In this document: positions 13,039 to 26,174 of the stretch, in pieces
How the letters are laid out: every line of letters starts with the position of its first letter
Numbering within the stretch: the stretch's first letter is position 1
Source of the DNA: Eledone cirrhosa
Lineage: Eukaryota
NCBI GenBank assembly: GCA_964016885.1
Contig: CAXHJY010000569.1
Coordinates: forward strand, 1 to 42,704
DNA length: 42,704 bases
Direction: 5' to 3'
Translations under genes and position numbers: made by a program
Notes under the pieces: generated by a model
Seen by the model: the letters and a program-made list of their open reading frames with translations, nothing else
Told to the model about the DNA's origin: nothing
Database searches by the model: none

Positions 13039-13649
13039 TAGACAATTTTATACAAATATATATAAGATTGTCTCGTGATTTTGTGGACACTCTCTATATA
13101 TATATATATATGTATGTATATATGTCTAGTCTCTCTTTCTCTATCTTTATACACTCTCTTATAACATCTCACATTCTTTGTCCTTCTCTTTCTCTTCGTG
13201 TTTACAACACTCCGCCACACCCCTCCCCCATTCCTTTTATATATTCCTTCTATATTTCCTCCATTTCCGGACCTCCCCCCCACGTTATTACCCCCCCTCA
13301 CCATGTCTCCCCCTATCTCCTCCCCCCACCTACCAGTAGTCACTACTAGCCCATAATACCGCAATGACCAGCTGTTCCAAAACAAATGCCACAATCTCTA
13401 CATTTCCCTAAACCATTTAACATTTTAAGCTGTGATTTGTCATTTTCATTCTTTTTTATCTTTTCATTTCACTTTTTATTTATTTATTTATTTATTTATT
13501 TTCTTCTATCTTTTCTTTCTATTTTGTTTTTCTTTTTTCTTTATTTGTTTATTTGATTATATTTTTTTTTACATTTGTTTGTCTTGAGTTTTATGTTTGT
13601 TTATGTATTTTAACTGTTTTCATCTTCAAACTTCCATCCACCTACGCTC

Positions 13650-14480
13650 ATGTCACACTATAGCTCTAATCACATCATGTTTGTTACATCATGTATGTTA
13701 CACCATTGCTCCAGTCACATCATGTTTGTTACACCATTGCTCCAGTCACATCATGTTTGTTACAACATTGCTCCAGTCACATCATGTTTGTTACACCATG
13801 CTTCAGTCACATCATGTTTGTTACACCATGCTTCAGTCACATCATGTTTGTTACACCATGCTGCTGTCACACCATGTTTGTTACACCATGCTGCTGTCAC
13901 ACGATGTTTGTTACATCATGCTGCTGTCACACGATGTTTGTTACACCATGCTGCTGTCACACCATGTTTGTTGCACCATGTTGTGACAAGTTACGCTACT
14001 ATCCTGTCAAAAATAAAACCATGTTACAACAACATGTCACAATTATACCAGGTTACAATAACATCAAGTTACACCAACACCATGTCACAATAACACATGT
14101 CACAATAAAACCGTGTTACAATAATACCATGTCACAATTAGATCATGTCACAATTAAAACCATGTTACAATAAAACCATGTTACAACAACAACATGTTAC
14201 AATCACACCATTTATAATAATTGTTTCTACTTTAGGCACAAGGCCAGCAATTATACCAGTGCATTACTGGTACTTTATTTTATCGACCCCGTAAGGAAAA
14301 GTTAAACCCGGTGGGATTTGAACTCAGATCATAAAAGGCCGTAACTTTTTGCTGCAAAGCATGGCGTCTGACGTTCTACCGATACTTCCAAATGTCAAGT
14401 TACATCAAGTTACCATGACACCATATAACAGTAACCATGTTACATTATGTTACATCCACCCCCATGTTATAATAATACCG
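13650..14480. repeat. ~30-bp minisatellite (catgtttgttacaccatgct[t/g]c[a/t]gtcaca) decaying 3', interrupted by a SINE
   Basis: About 11 clean units at 13650-13985, then degenerate catgttacaa units. Confidence 0.9.
14218..14388 (-). mobile_element. SINE, near full length with a small internal deletion
   Basis: Homology to 7672-7860. Confidence 0.9.
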
Positions 14481-14806
14481 TGTTAGTCATGGCATACAAC
14501 ATACAGCTTTTTTTTTTCACTACGCACACACACACACACTATATATATATATATATATATATATATGGTGGTGTGTCTGTGTGTGTCTGTATCGGTGTGT
14601 GTTTGTGCAAAAGACTACACGTAGACTTTCTCTTCGAATTTTGCGTTCAATTATTTTTCTGGCAGTTTCATCCTTTTATTTTTTTTTCTCCAAAGAAAGA
14701 CCTCATCCGAAACGTCAAAATAACATTCTTTTCAATTTCTCCTTCAAGCTAACAACTTTGATTTTTATCTTATCTTGTTATTTTTTGTTACACATTGCAT
14801 TATACA

Positions 14807-14904
<98 letters not shown>

Positions 14905-15440
14905 AGTCTTTCTCGTTCTTTTTATTTTTCATAATTTGGTCGCTAAAAAAAACAGCAACAAAAAAACGAGAAGGAACACCTGGTTTACTAACGACTGGAA
15001 GAAGGAAAATACATGAAACAAACAAACCGCATCCTCCGCCTACTCCTTCTAACCCTCCCCTCCCCCTCTTCGTCTTCTTCCTCCTCCTTCTACTCAACCT
15101 CTTCTTTTTTTTCTACCTCCTCCCCCTCCTCCTTAACCTCCCCCTCTTCTCCTCCTTTGCTGTCTCCCCCTCCCCTTCATATTTTCTTCTTCCTCCTCCT
15201 TCTACTCAACCTCTTCTTTTTCTTCTTCCCCTCCTGCCCCCCCCCCTTCTACCTAACCTACCCCCTTCTCCTCCTTCTAACTCTTCCCCTCCGCTTCTCC
15301 CACCGCCTCCTCCGCCGCCATCTCCCCGTTAAAACAACTAAAGGTGATAAAGGGACACCATTCAATTATTGGAAGAGTTTAGAGAGAAAGTTGGAAGAAA
15401 GTTTAGTCTTTCAGAGTCGGTATTTCTGTCCCTGGTTTAT

Positions 15441-15750
15441 CACCGCCGCCACCTCCACCACCACCACCTCCACCACCACCACCTCCACCACCACCACCTC
15501 CACTACCACCACCAACACCACCATCATCCACAGCACTACCACCACCACCACCATCATCATCATAAACCTTACCATCATCACAACCACCACCACCACAACC
15601 ACCACCACCACCGTCACCACCATCATTCCTACCACCACCGTCACCACCACTACCACCACCATCATCATCACAAACCTTACCATCATCACAACCAGCATCA
15701 CCACCACCACCACCACCACCATCGTCATCACCATGATAAGCCCCACCCCC
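15441..15750. repeat. Degenerate (ACC)n/(ATC)n triplet repeat
   Basis: Visible run; source of the poly-Thr and poly-His ORFs. Confidence 0.92.
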
Positions 15751-15868
15751 ACCTTTGAAGAGGAAATAGCAAGGAGAAGAGAGAGAGAGAGGGGAGGGGG
15801 GGAGAATGAAAGAGAGCGAATGAGGGAGAGAGAGAGAGAGAGAGAGACAGAGAAAGAGACAGAGAAAG

Positions 15869-15924
<56 letters not shown>

Positions 15925-16147
15925 TGAAATATGTTTTTGGAAGTTGAAATGTTCTCATAAATTAGAAGTTCAGTTTAAAGAGCTCAAGAAACAACTCAAG
16001 TGGGACGAGAAAGGTACTTAAACTGGTCTACTCCGTCATCTTAATGATGTATATATATATATACACATATATATACACATGTATATACACATGTATATAC
16101 AGATATATATATGTATATATATATATGTATATATATATACAGATATA

Positions 16148-16191
<44 letters not shown>

Positions 16192-16235
16192 TGTATATAT
16201 ACTATCTATCTATCTCTCTCTCTATATATATATAT

Positions 16236-16268
<33 letters not shown>

Positions 16269-16324
16269 CATATGTATGTATATATTCTATCTATATATAT
16301 ATATACACACACATATATATATAC

Positions 16325-16357
<33 letters not shown>

Positions 16358-16395
16358 CATATGTATATATTCTATCTATCTATCTATATATATAT

Positions 16396-16430
<35 letters not shown>

Positions 16431-16633
16431 CATATATACATATTTGTGTACATATAATATATGTTTATACATATTTATGTACATATTCTACATATATATA
16501 TACAATTATATGCATAAACCATATATATATATATATATATATAAACAACTCAACAACTCATTAAAGTGACGTGTGTGTTTATGTGTGTGCGTGTGTTTGT
16601 GTATATGTGTGTTTATGTATGTGTGTGTGTTTA

Positions 16634-16667
<34 letters not shown>

Positions 16668-16822
16668 TGTGTGTTTATGTGTGTGTGTGTGTGTAAAAGA
16701 AACAGATTGTAATCCTTGGGAGCCGATCTAGACGTTGGCATCAAGTTGAATGTTTCCTCAAGAGCTTTGAACATACAACCAGAGAGACACATGACACATG
16801 ACTCATAGATGCACAGACGCTC

Positions 16823-16878
16823 GTACCAGTAATGTACTGCGGTAATTGCTGGCCTTGTGCCCCAAACAGAAACAATTA
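16823..16878 (+). mobile_element. SINE tail fragment
   Basis: gtaccagtaatgtactgcggtaattgctggccttgtgcccc...gaaacaatt. Confidence 0.8.
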
Positions 16879-17101
16879 TGAGATCATTCATGTATCAACG
16901 TGTCATGTCTCAATGCAGTAGCAATAAATTAACATATATTTATTGTTCTCCTTATCTCTGTCTGCATTTATAAGCAAAGAGATATTTAATTTGTTGGTAA
17001 TTCAACACATTTATTTATAACAGATTCGAAGCACTCAACAGTTTACCTGGAGTATAACCAATGATATTAATAAATGGAAACTATATTTATAAAACCATAT
17101 T

Positions 17102-17163
17102 TATTTTATTATATATATTTCAAGGGTACCAAAAACTTTGGTACACACTCATCAGATAAAATA
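17102..17163 (-). ncRNA. Minimal type I hammerhead (family C; uninterrupted HHR plus tail copy ~16970-17190)
   Basis: Minus strand: tattttat CTGATGA gtgt-gtaccaaa..tttggtac-cctt GAAA TATATA TA ataaaata. Confidence 0.72.
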
Positions 17164-17403
17164 GAAAATTTGTTTTATTTATATATATTAATATTTATCT
17201 ATCTATGTGTCTATATATTTTTATATTTATCTATGTATGTGTATGTCTATATATATTTATATTTATCTACGTATGTGTCTATATATTTTTATATTTATCT
17301 ATGTATGTATCTATATATTTTTATATTTATCTACGTATGTGTCTATATATATATATATATACAATATATTAACAAATGGAAACTATATTTATAAAACCAT
17401 ATT

Positions 17404-17473
17404 TATTTCATTATACATATTTCAAGGGCCACCAAGGCAGGCAAACTATGGTGCGCTTTCATCATATAAAATA
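17404..17473 (-). ncRNA. Family C hammerhead with a core mutation (ATGATGA), probably inactive
   Basis: Same layout as 3371-3436 with C3 changed to A. Confidence 0.6.
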
Positions 17474-17699
17474 TAATATAGGTTACTTTTATAAATAAAT
17501 ATTGACATACCCTGAAAAAATGCAACCATTCTGGTTGGAATCTCCTGGATATATATATATATATATATATATATTTCTTTAGGTTTGTTGGTTCACCATT
17601 GGATAGAATTGGTTATTCCGTATGGTGGTCAATCCTGGTGTAATATTGTGGAGAGTAATATTGTGGAGTTGGTGGTGCGAATACGGAGTTAATTATAAA

Positions 17700-17988
17700 T
17701 AAAATAACAGGAGGCTGGACTGGTGTAAATCCTTGCAAGTTTATTATACTATGATCATTTCAATGACCGGGTTCCATATGAAGGCGACTGGCCGAGGTGA
17801 AAGCGGCTAATTGGTCAGTCGTCCTCTCTGTCTCTGATTTTTCGGACCCATGGTTTTTTACATATTCCTTTGTTATATTTCGAATACCTGATGATATCAT
17901 CAGATTCATATGGAACCCGGTCATTGAAATGATCATAGTATAATAAACCTTTCAAGGATTTACACCAGTCCAGCCTCCTGTTATTTTA
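17700..17988. mobile_element. ~83-bp inverted repeat element containing a hammerhead (17884-17941, + strand)
   Basis: Arms 17700-17782 / 17905-17988; atac CTGATGA ... GAAA TGATCA TA gtat with palindromic stem III. Confidence 0.7.
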
Positions 17989-18010
17989 TATATATCTTTA
18001 TATATATATA

Positions 18011-18270
18011 TACAGGGTGATTGAAAAGTAACTCCCTATTGAATACCGAAAGGTACCTCACCATGCTGCAAGATGAAATCTGGCCAGTTGTCAGTACTTG
18101 GGAGAATATTAAAGATTTGATTTTGTTATTGTTGTTCGTGAATGGCTGAATGTTTACTTCTCTGAGAGATGCATGGGACGTCGTGGTCCGCATGAGTGGC
18201 CAGCCAGAAGCCCTGACTTAACACTCTGTGAGTTTTTTTCTTTGGAGTTGGTTAAAGCTGGAAGTCTACT
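18011..18270 (+). mobile_element. Internally deleted Tc1/mariner-superfamily DNA transposon
   Basis: TA-CAGGGTG terminus; translated pieces YLTMLQDEIWP and VREWLN..F.ER..GRRGPHEWPARSPDLTLCEF..W.WLK.EVY (WP.RSPDL.P.DFFLWG-type motif). Confidence 0.82.
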
Positions 18271-18326
18271 CTGATGATTTCTTCCGAATGAAATAGTTCT
18301 AGTCCTGTAGAAGCCATTTCTATATT
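18271..18326 (+). ncRNA. Family B hammerhead core with the stem I 5' strand missing
   Basis: CTGATGA tttcttccgaat GAAA tag-ttctagtc-ctg TA gaagcc, fused directly to the transposase fragment. Confidence 0.6.
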
Positions 18327-18348
18327 ATATATATATAGTAAAAAGTAT

Positions 18349-18428
18349 GACCCCGACGGCAGAGCTCAAGCCGTTTCGACGCTCAAGCGTTATGGTCCAT
18401 CTGGTTCCTTACCACAACTCCTTCGTTA
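18349..18428 (+). mobile_element. Family A element, internally deleted (inverted arm joined to tail end)
   Basis: gaccccgacggcagagctcaagccgtttcgacg followed by gcgttatggtcca..ggttccttaccaca..ccttcgtt (reverse complement of 11970-12010). Confidence 0.78.
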
Positions 18429-18598
18429 TATATATATATATATATATACATACATACAAAGACACATACACATACACACATACTCTCACACACACACACA
18501 CATATATATATATACATACAAAGACACATACACATACGCACATACTCTCTCTCACACACAGACATATATATACACACACACATATATATATATATGGA

Positions 18599-18643
<45 letters not shown>

Positions 18644-18644
<1 letters not shown>

Positions 18645-18755
18645 GGTGCCTGACCTAATGATCAATATGTTGGACCTACGATCATTAAGTCGTACGTTCG
18701 ATTCCTGGACAGGGTGGAGTATTGCGTTCTTTATTCCACGTTGAACCCGACTCAA
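18644..18755 (+). mobile_element. Diverged tRNA-headed SINE of a second family
   Basis: A-box-like tgacctaatga and B-box gttcgattcc; family assignment from recall only. Confidence 0.45.
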
Positions 18756-18965
18756 TATTATCGACATTGCCTCTTTAGTCCGATGTGGCCATCGGCTCCA
18801 TTATTTGGCCAGAATTCTTACAGCTCTCCGCAATCTAATTTCAAATAGAATTCAGATCAATTACTTTTACGACAAAATATAGTTCTCCAGTCCAGAGTGT
18901 TGGATTGGTGGAATTACTAGAATCGGACGAGACTTTTCACCATATTACTTACACTAGTTGTTTTG

Positions 18966-19036
18966 TGGATTGGCAGTATCGGTAGAGAGTCAGACATCAT
19001 GCTTTGCGGCATAGAGTTATGGCCCTTTACATTCTG
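18966..19036 (+). mobile_element. SINE 5' fragment
   Basis: gtggattggcagtatcggtagag...gttatggccctttac. Confidence 0.85.
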
Positions 19037-19125
19037 TCAAATTCTTTTATGTGTACTAAAATAGCAATTATAAATTAAATATCTTCAAGTGATTTTATGC
19101 ATATTTTGTTCATATCTTATTTTAA

Positions 19126-19336
19126 TGGTGGATTGGCAGAATCGGTAGAGCGTCGGACGCCATGCTTTTCGGCATAGGGTTATGGCTTTACGTTCTGAGT
19201 TCAAATCCGGCCGAGGTTAACTTTGTCTTTCATCCTTACAGGATCGATAAAATAAGTACCAGTAATGTATTGGGGTCGATTTAATCGTATTTCCCCTCCC
19301 CAATATTGCTGGTTTTGTGCCCAAACTAGAAATCGT
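19126..19336 (+). mobile_element. Full-length SINE, long-tail variant
   Basis: Homology to 7672-7860 plus an extra gtcgatttaatcg..cccctcccc segment. Confidence 0.9.
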
Positions 19337-19376
19337 TTTCAAGTATTTCCTAAAAACGTTCTTTTCTTTTCTTTTC

Positions 19377-19411
<35 letters not shown>

Positions 19412-19730
19412 TGACTGATTTGTGTTGTGTAGATTTTCTGCTTAGTTATAAAGATTTTCCGCACATGTGCAAACTTCCTGCAATATACGGCTCTATGTGT
19501 ATCCATTTCCTTCTTATCAGCTGCTCTGTGTGCTTGTTCGTGTGTGTGTGTGTGTGTATGTGTATGTATGTGTGTATGTGTATGTATGTATATGTGTGTG
19601 TATATGTGTATGCGTATGTTACTTCATTGGTCGGCGGATATGTTTCCTTAGAAAAGCAGTATATATATATATATATATGCATATACATATGTATATATAT
19701 ATGTATGTGTGTATATATGTATGTGTATAC

Positions 19731-19803
<73 letters not shown>

Positions 19804-20136
19804 TATACTTTTATTAGGTCACATCTTACAGGGTCACATTTGGTAATCATTTCATCAAGTCAGACACAAATCAAGGTAAAGAATACTTTTAGATGAAAAT
19901 AGAAATATATAGTTTTAAAATATGTCGGCATTCGTCTCTGATTTCCTTAATATCCAAGATTTATTGCGTTCTATATAATATGACAGTGAAAATTCTTATG
20001 ATAAATTTATATAAATACTAAATATAATATGGAAGACATGACGGTATCGTCCGCGTGAATCGAACTACGCGAGTCTTGTATACCAGCATTCTTTACTTTA
20101 TTGAATTAAAATGTTGAAATTAGGTGGTGAATTAGG

Positions 20137-20316
20137 GTGGTGGATTGTCAGTATCGGTAGAGAGTCGGTCACCATGCTTTGCAGCATAGAGTTACGGCCC
20201 TTTATGATCTGAGTTCAAATCCTGCCAATGTTAACATTGCCTTTCATCCTTACGGGGTCGATAAAATAAAGCACCAGTCCCGCACTGGGGTCGATTTAAT
20301 CGACTTTTCCCTGCCC
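20137..20316 (+). mobile_element. SINE, long-tail variant, 3'-truncated
   Basis: Homology to 19126-19336. Confidence 0.88.
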
Positions 20317-20705
20317 CTGCAGTCAGAACCATAAAAAAATAAAACAACTACCTCTGTCAGCCAATTAAGAGAGAACGAATGACAACCTTGGACAGAGATA
20401 TGAACTCTCCTCTCTAAATATGTTTGTAAAAACTAATAATTTTTCTTCCCCTTTTTATTATTCGTATAAATATGCAACATAACTACATTATGCACATCCA
20501 CAGTTGAAAAAGCATCAAATGCTGAAACCTGTACCATTGTTAAATGCGGAATTACCCACTTTATAAATAAATGTTTTGATATTATACTCAAAGAATCTCT
20601 CCAGCATTTTCTACTGAAATTTTGTTCCTTTTTACTATTTGTTTATATATATATATATATATATTATATTATACACACACACACACAGACACACACAGAC
20701 ACACA

Positions 20706-20812
<107 letters not shown>

Positions 20813-21405
20813 GTATATATTGTTATCAGTAAAATTCCAACGGATTTGTCACTAATGAAATATACAGCCTGTGATTTTCAAATATTATTTAAAATAATCC
20901 AGAAACTCGAGGGATTTACTGATATAACTAACTTCGTCGTTACTAAGCTGGTGTTTGGAGAACATAACATCAAAATAGCTCTTACATGAAAGCATGATGG
21001 AAGATTGTTTAGAAATAAACATGGACGACAGTTTAAAATAAACAGCTTTGTATGATAGAAGTAGGGGTAGTTTCTGGCGGGTTCTTAATTAAACGGTTAA
21101 TTACAAGACACATAATATATCAGGGTACTTATTTTTTTTCACACATTTGAAAACTTTCTAAAGAAGGAATTATTAAAAGTAAAAAAAATCTTAAGAAAGT
21201 AATAAGAAGAAGAATAAATAAACGAACAAATTAGAAAATGGCGGAATGTTCCGTTAATCTTTGCGTCAACATAATTTCCATGGCAAAACTATCAGAGGGA
21301 AAAAAACTGGACTTTTGTTGGTTGTTTCAATCATTGATAATTAACTGTTCAAAACGAGGTTGCACGTGTGGAGGAAAGGGAAAATTAAATAAACAAAAAA
21401 CTACC

Positions 21406-21497
<92 letters not shown>

Positions 21498-21544
21498 TCA
21501 TCTATCTATTCATCTACATGTGTACATATATAGGAAAAGAGTCC

Positions 21545-21607
21545 GGACCCCGACGGCTAAGCTCAGGCCGTTTCGACAGCTAGATCTAAACTTCGGATCT
21601 AGCTGTC
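21545..21607 (-). ncRNA. Family A hammerhead 3' part with complete stem II
   Basis: Minus strand: gacagctagatc-cgaagttta-gatctagctgtc GAAA cggc-ctgagctta-gccg TC ggggtcc. Confidence 0.65.
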
Positions 21608-21609
21608 AG

Positions 21610-22120
21610 GTCGCTCTTCAGCGCTACTGGTAACCCAGTACAATCTGACCATGGTCGGGTCATCGGCAACTAAACCGGCCACCCCACCGATCTAGGTTAG
21701 TCAAGAGGGGGAATTTGGAGACCCAGTGGGGCGGAAAAACAAAACCCGTCAAAAGGCGGATGAATTCAGGAGACATCGACCATCCAATAAAGTATTTGTT
21801 TAGCGGGGATGTACAGTGAGAGACTCCTAGCCTTCATTAGGACATCTCTTTAGGAGAAGATCACTCAGATATAAAAGCCACGACTTAGTTTGCATCCAAT
21901 GATGTAGACTAGTTCGACTTTTTGGATAAAATTTCAGAGAGTGAGAATGGCTACATGTAAAGCGTTTCCTCACTTAAAAAAAAACTTCAATCACAGGCAT
22001 CGCTTGATACGTGACAACCTTTGCGTTGTATGGCATTGCTGGCCATAGGCAAGTCCATAGCAGGACTAAAAAGCCACACCCGTGCTGCTCGTGCTTAGTT
22101 ATCAAAAGTATTGCAGCCGT
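21610..22120 (+). mobile_element. Possible degraded LINE 5' non-coding region
   Basis: GC-richer island; ggagaagatcactcagatataaaa resembles RTE-type 5' UTR sequence (recall only, no protein evidence). Confidence 0.3.
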
Positions 22121-22172
22121 CATATACATACATATATATATATATATGTATGTATATCACGGCAACACGACT

Positions 22173-22207
<35 letters not shown>

Positions 22208-22299
22208 ATACATTTAATATATAAATGAACACACACATAGATATGTATATTATATATATATATATATATATTTAATATATAAATACATACAAACACACA

Positions 22300-22335
<36 letters not shown>

Positions 22336-22512
22336 CTCGTATGTTTGCTTGAGGGAGCAGGCAAGCAGCCAATAACGAAGTCTCATTATGAAACATCTGC
22401 TGTGTTGATATTAGGAAGTTGACATTCATAAAAAGAATACATTATAGAACAGGTCACATGTCAACATCATTAATCTCTACTTACACACACGCATGCGCAC
22501 ACAAATATACTC

Positions 22513-22591
<79 letters not shown>

Positions 22592-22592
22592 T

Positions 22593-22645
<53 letters not shown>

Positions 22646-22750
22646 CATATACATACGCACACAGACACACACATATATAATTTGATAATTCTGTCATTGT
22701 ACCTAATTCTTTCCATATTCCTTATATACCAACAATAATAATAACAATAA

Positions 22751-22928
22751 TGTTTCTACTTTAGGCACAAGGCCAGCAATTATCCCAGTATATTACTGGT
22801 ACTTTATTTTATAGACCCCCGTAAGGATGAAAGGCAAAGTTAACCTCGGCGGGATTTGAACTCAGACCGTAAAGGGACGTAACTTTATGCTGCAAAGCGT
22901 GGCATCCGACCCTCTACCGATACTGCCA
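22751..22928 (-). mobile_element. SINE, near full length
   Basis: Homology to 7672-7860; aataatgttt on both sides is TSD-like. Confidence 0.9.
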
Positions 22929-22944
22929 AAATAATGTTTTCTAT

Positions 22945-23300
22945 ATTAATCACATAAAGTATAATATTAAGGACAGCACAGGATGGTTCAGAACTGTACA
23001 GGACGGCACAGAACGGTACAGAACGGTTAAGAACGGTACATGACAGCAGAGGACGGTACAAATGGGTGTTTCTGCGTGTAAAAACAAATACATATCACAA
23101 AAACAAAAGATGTAACAAAAAAAAATGAAACAAAGGAACATTCCCCATAAAGGAGAGACTTCCGAGGGCCATTCGTGGAGAAAGCCCATTAAAAAAGCCA
23201 CGGTGACCCTAACCACCATGGCAAGTGCCCTCTCCCACTTTTCCACCCCCAATCAACGGGCGCATACTCAGAGCAGGCCCTGCACGCCTCTCTCAGCCAA
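22945..23300 (-). mobile_element. Probable LINE 3' UTR containing a short ggacggtaca-type repeat
   Basis: 22945-23085 is homologous to 32257-32745; the homologue ends in aataaagaaa on the minus strand. Confidence 0.5.
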
Positions 23301-23561
23301 ATGTTGGTCAAACTCAACAGTTTAAAAGCCACAATTTATTTTTGCTTTAATAAGTATTACAAACACCAGTGGACAAACTTCGGACAGAAACTTACAGGTT
23401 TACAGCTGCAGGGTCTGGATGTCTGCGGTCCAATGTTTAGAGGGTCCTTCATCAAGTCATTTTATTTCACGTTGTTCCAGGCCATTCAACTGACACACAA
23501 TACGTCTGCTTATAATTTAAAGGGCCTGGGTTTGTATTACACTTAATCTTTCTGAAAACCA

Positions 23562-23736
23562 TCGTATTTCCCGGCCCCGAAGACGCTTCGTCCTCGAGGA
23601 CGCACCCTAATTTTGATAACCAAAAATAAAAAAATAAAAAAATTAATAATAAACAACCTTCGGCCTACAAGACGCATGGTAGATTTTTGAGACTTATTTT
23701 AGGAAAAAGTAGCGTCTTCGACGCCAGGAAATACGG
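23562..23736. mobile_element. pogo/Tigger-like MITE
   Basis: TIRs cgtatttcccggccccgaagacgct / agcgtcttcgacgccaggaaatacgg followed by TA; internal aagacgc subrepeats. Confidence 0.75.
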
Positions 23737-24204
23737 TAAGTTCAAGGTGTCTGAAGTTGGGAAATGTTCAGTTACTTGTGCATACTAAACATTATTTTAA
23801 TCTTTTCAAAAACATTTAACGTTTAATGTAAATCCATAACCGTGAAGTGTCATATTTTTGGTCAATTTCCCATAACAAATATATTTATTTTCTCTCATTT
23901 TTCATCCCAGCGACACTTTCCATTCTAACCAGTTTGACATTTAAAGAGGGACAACAATACACAAACATCAAGCCAAATACATTACACAGTTGAGTTTATG
24001 TAAACCGTGATTATATTAATGTTGTAATATAAAACCTGTTATATTTCTAGTCGGCAATTACTGTCCATTTTCAATCATCTACCGTCACAAATTTTGCAAG
24101 TCCGCCATTACGTTTTGCAATGATCGCTTTATTAGTATGGTCGTTATGGACATTATGGACATTATGGACATATTTGCTCTCTGAATAAAAAAAAAAAGTT
24201 ACGA

Positions 24205-24297
24205 ACTGACTTCAAATCCTGACGAGGTTAGCTTTGCCTTTCATCTTTACGAGATCAATAAAATAAAGTACCAGTAATGCGCTGCGGTCGATTTAGT
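24205..24297 (+). mobile_element. SINE fragment, long-tail variant
   Basis: ttcaaatcctgacgaggttagctttgcctttcatc...gtaccagtaatgcgctgcggtcgattt. Confidence 0.82.
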
Positions 24298-24372
<75 letters not shown>

Positions 24373-24391
24373 ATATATATATATGTAGGGG

Positions 24392-24540
24392 CGACGACGA
24401 CGACAATGATGACGACGATGATTATGATGATGATGGTGATGACATCATAACGATGATGGTGATGATGATGATAACATCGCCGATATTGAAGATGACGAAA
24501 TTGATGATAGTAACGATGTTTAATAATGACGATGATGGTG

Positions 24541-24571
<31 letters not shown>

Positions 24572-24666
24572 CGATGTCAATTATGATGAAGAAGATGATG
24601 ATGATGATGATGGCGATGATGACGAAATTGATGACAACAATGTTACCGATCATGCTGCTACTGCTA

Positions 24667-24709
<43 letters not shown>

Positions 24710-24820
24710 GGCTGCTGTGGCTGATAATGAAGACGATGATGATATTGATGATGATGATGATGTTGATGAATGTCGATGATGAAATGCAAACGATAATAAT
24801 GGCGATGATGATAACGATAA
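24392..24820. repeat. Compound (GAT/GAC)n and (GCT)n triplet repeat
   Basis: Visible run; source of the poly-Asp, poly-Met and poly-Ala ORFs. Confidence 0.92.
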
Positions 24821-25153
24821 TTTACACAACCACTTGAGGAAAAAATAAAAAATGGCTAGGCTAGCTTTCTTCAACAGCATTCAGTTAATATAAGAATTGC
24901 TGTGTTTCCCCAGGGGTTGTTACTTCAACGAACACACCCTGCTTCTAGTAGGGGACTACGCCCCTCAATAAAGGCAGCTGTGATAGGAAACAAGCTTCCG
25001 GCCAGCCAAAACCTGTATCAGTTTACAACCTCCAACTCTCCTGTATTCCCTTTTGGTTCCAAACCAAAAACAAAAATACACCAACAACATATTTCACAAC
25101 TTAACACACTAGTCTCTTGTGTGTGTGTAAGTTTATAAACACACACACACACG

Positions 25154-25229
<76 letters not shown>

Positions 25230-25387
25230 CTCTCTCACTCTCTCTCTCTCTCTCTCTCTCACATAAATATATATATACATATATATGTATATATATATAT
25301 ATATATACATATATATACATATATATACAATATATATGTCAATATACATATGCATATAGACGTACATACATACTTATGTATACATAG

Positions 25388-25452
<65 letters not shown>

Positions 25453-25550
25453 TAAATATATATATATGTGTGTATATTGCGTGTGTGTGTGTGTGTGTGT
25501 ATTCCAATAAATTATGTAAACAATGCAATATTATAATAACAATGGAAATA

Positions 25551-25603
<53 letters not shown>

Positions 25604-25692
25604 CTATATATCTATATATTTATCTATCATATATATACATATTCATATATACAGTCTTATATACATTATAACTATATCCATCCATCGGTATT

Positions 25693-25746
<54 letters not shown>

Positions 25747-26092
25747 TATATATATATTTATATATATATGTGTATATATATTTATATATATATATTTATA
25801 TATAGGAATGCTTATGGGTCTATATGTAAATATACAATAAAATATGGTGCGGTATGGAACAAATATGTAGGAAGTAGGCTAATGTATGAGAGTCAAGCCA
25901 TCTATATGTATGTTTATATAAGTAAAGTGATGGAGAGAGAGAGAGAGATGGATAGATTTCATCTCTTTGATATATGTGCACTATTGCTTTGCTCATGAGC
26001 GCACATGCGCATTAAGTCTTGTCACTTACCCCTTTCTCTCTAACCGCTAGCCTTTCTACATCTCTCTCTCTCTCTCTATAAATATATATATA

Positions 26093-26140
<48 letters not shown>

Positions 26141-26174
26141 GTGTGTGTGTGTATACATATTTAATATAGAAATG

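Noticed and set aside
13650-13985. CRISPR-like appearance of 30-bp repeats
   Set aside because: Units are directly tandem with no unique spacers, and the context is eukaryotic
15013-15927. 304-aa Thr/Ser/Pro-rich mucin-like ORF and overlapping poly-His ORF
   Set aside because: Composed of CT-rich, (ACC)n and (GA)n simple repeats open in several frames; no splice or domain evidence
21610-22120. Possible HDV-like ribozyme in a putative LINE 5' region
   Set aside because: I could not assign the nested double-pseudoknot pairings by eye
24297-24779. Asp-rich, biomineralisation-like ORF
   Set aside because: Starts in (TA)n, has no signal peptide, and is explained by (GAT)n/(GCT)n repeats
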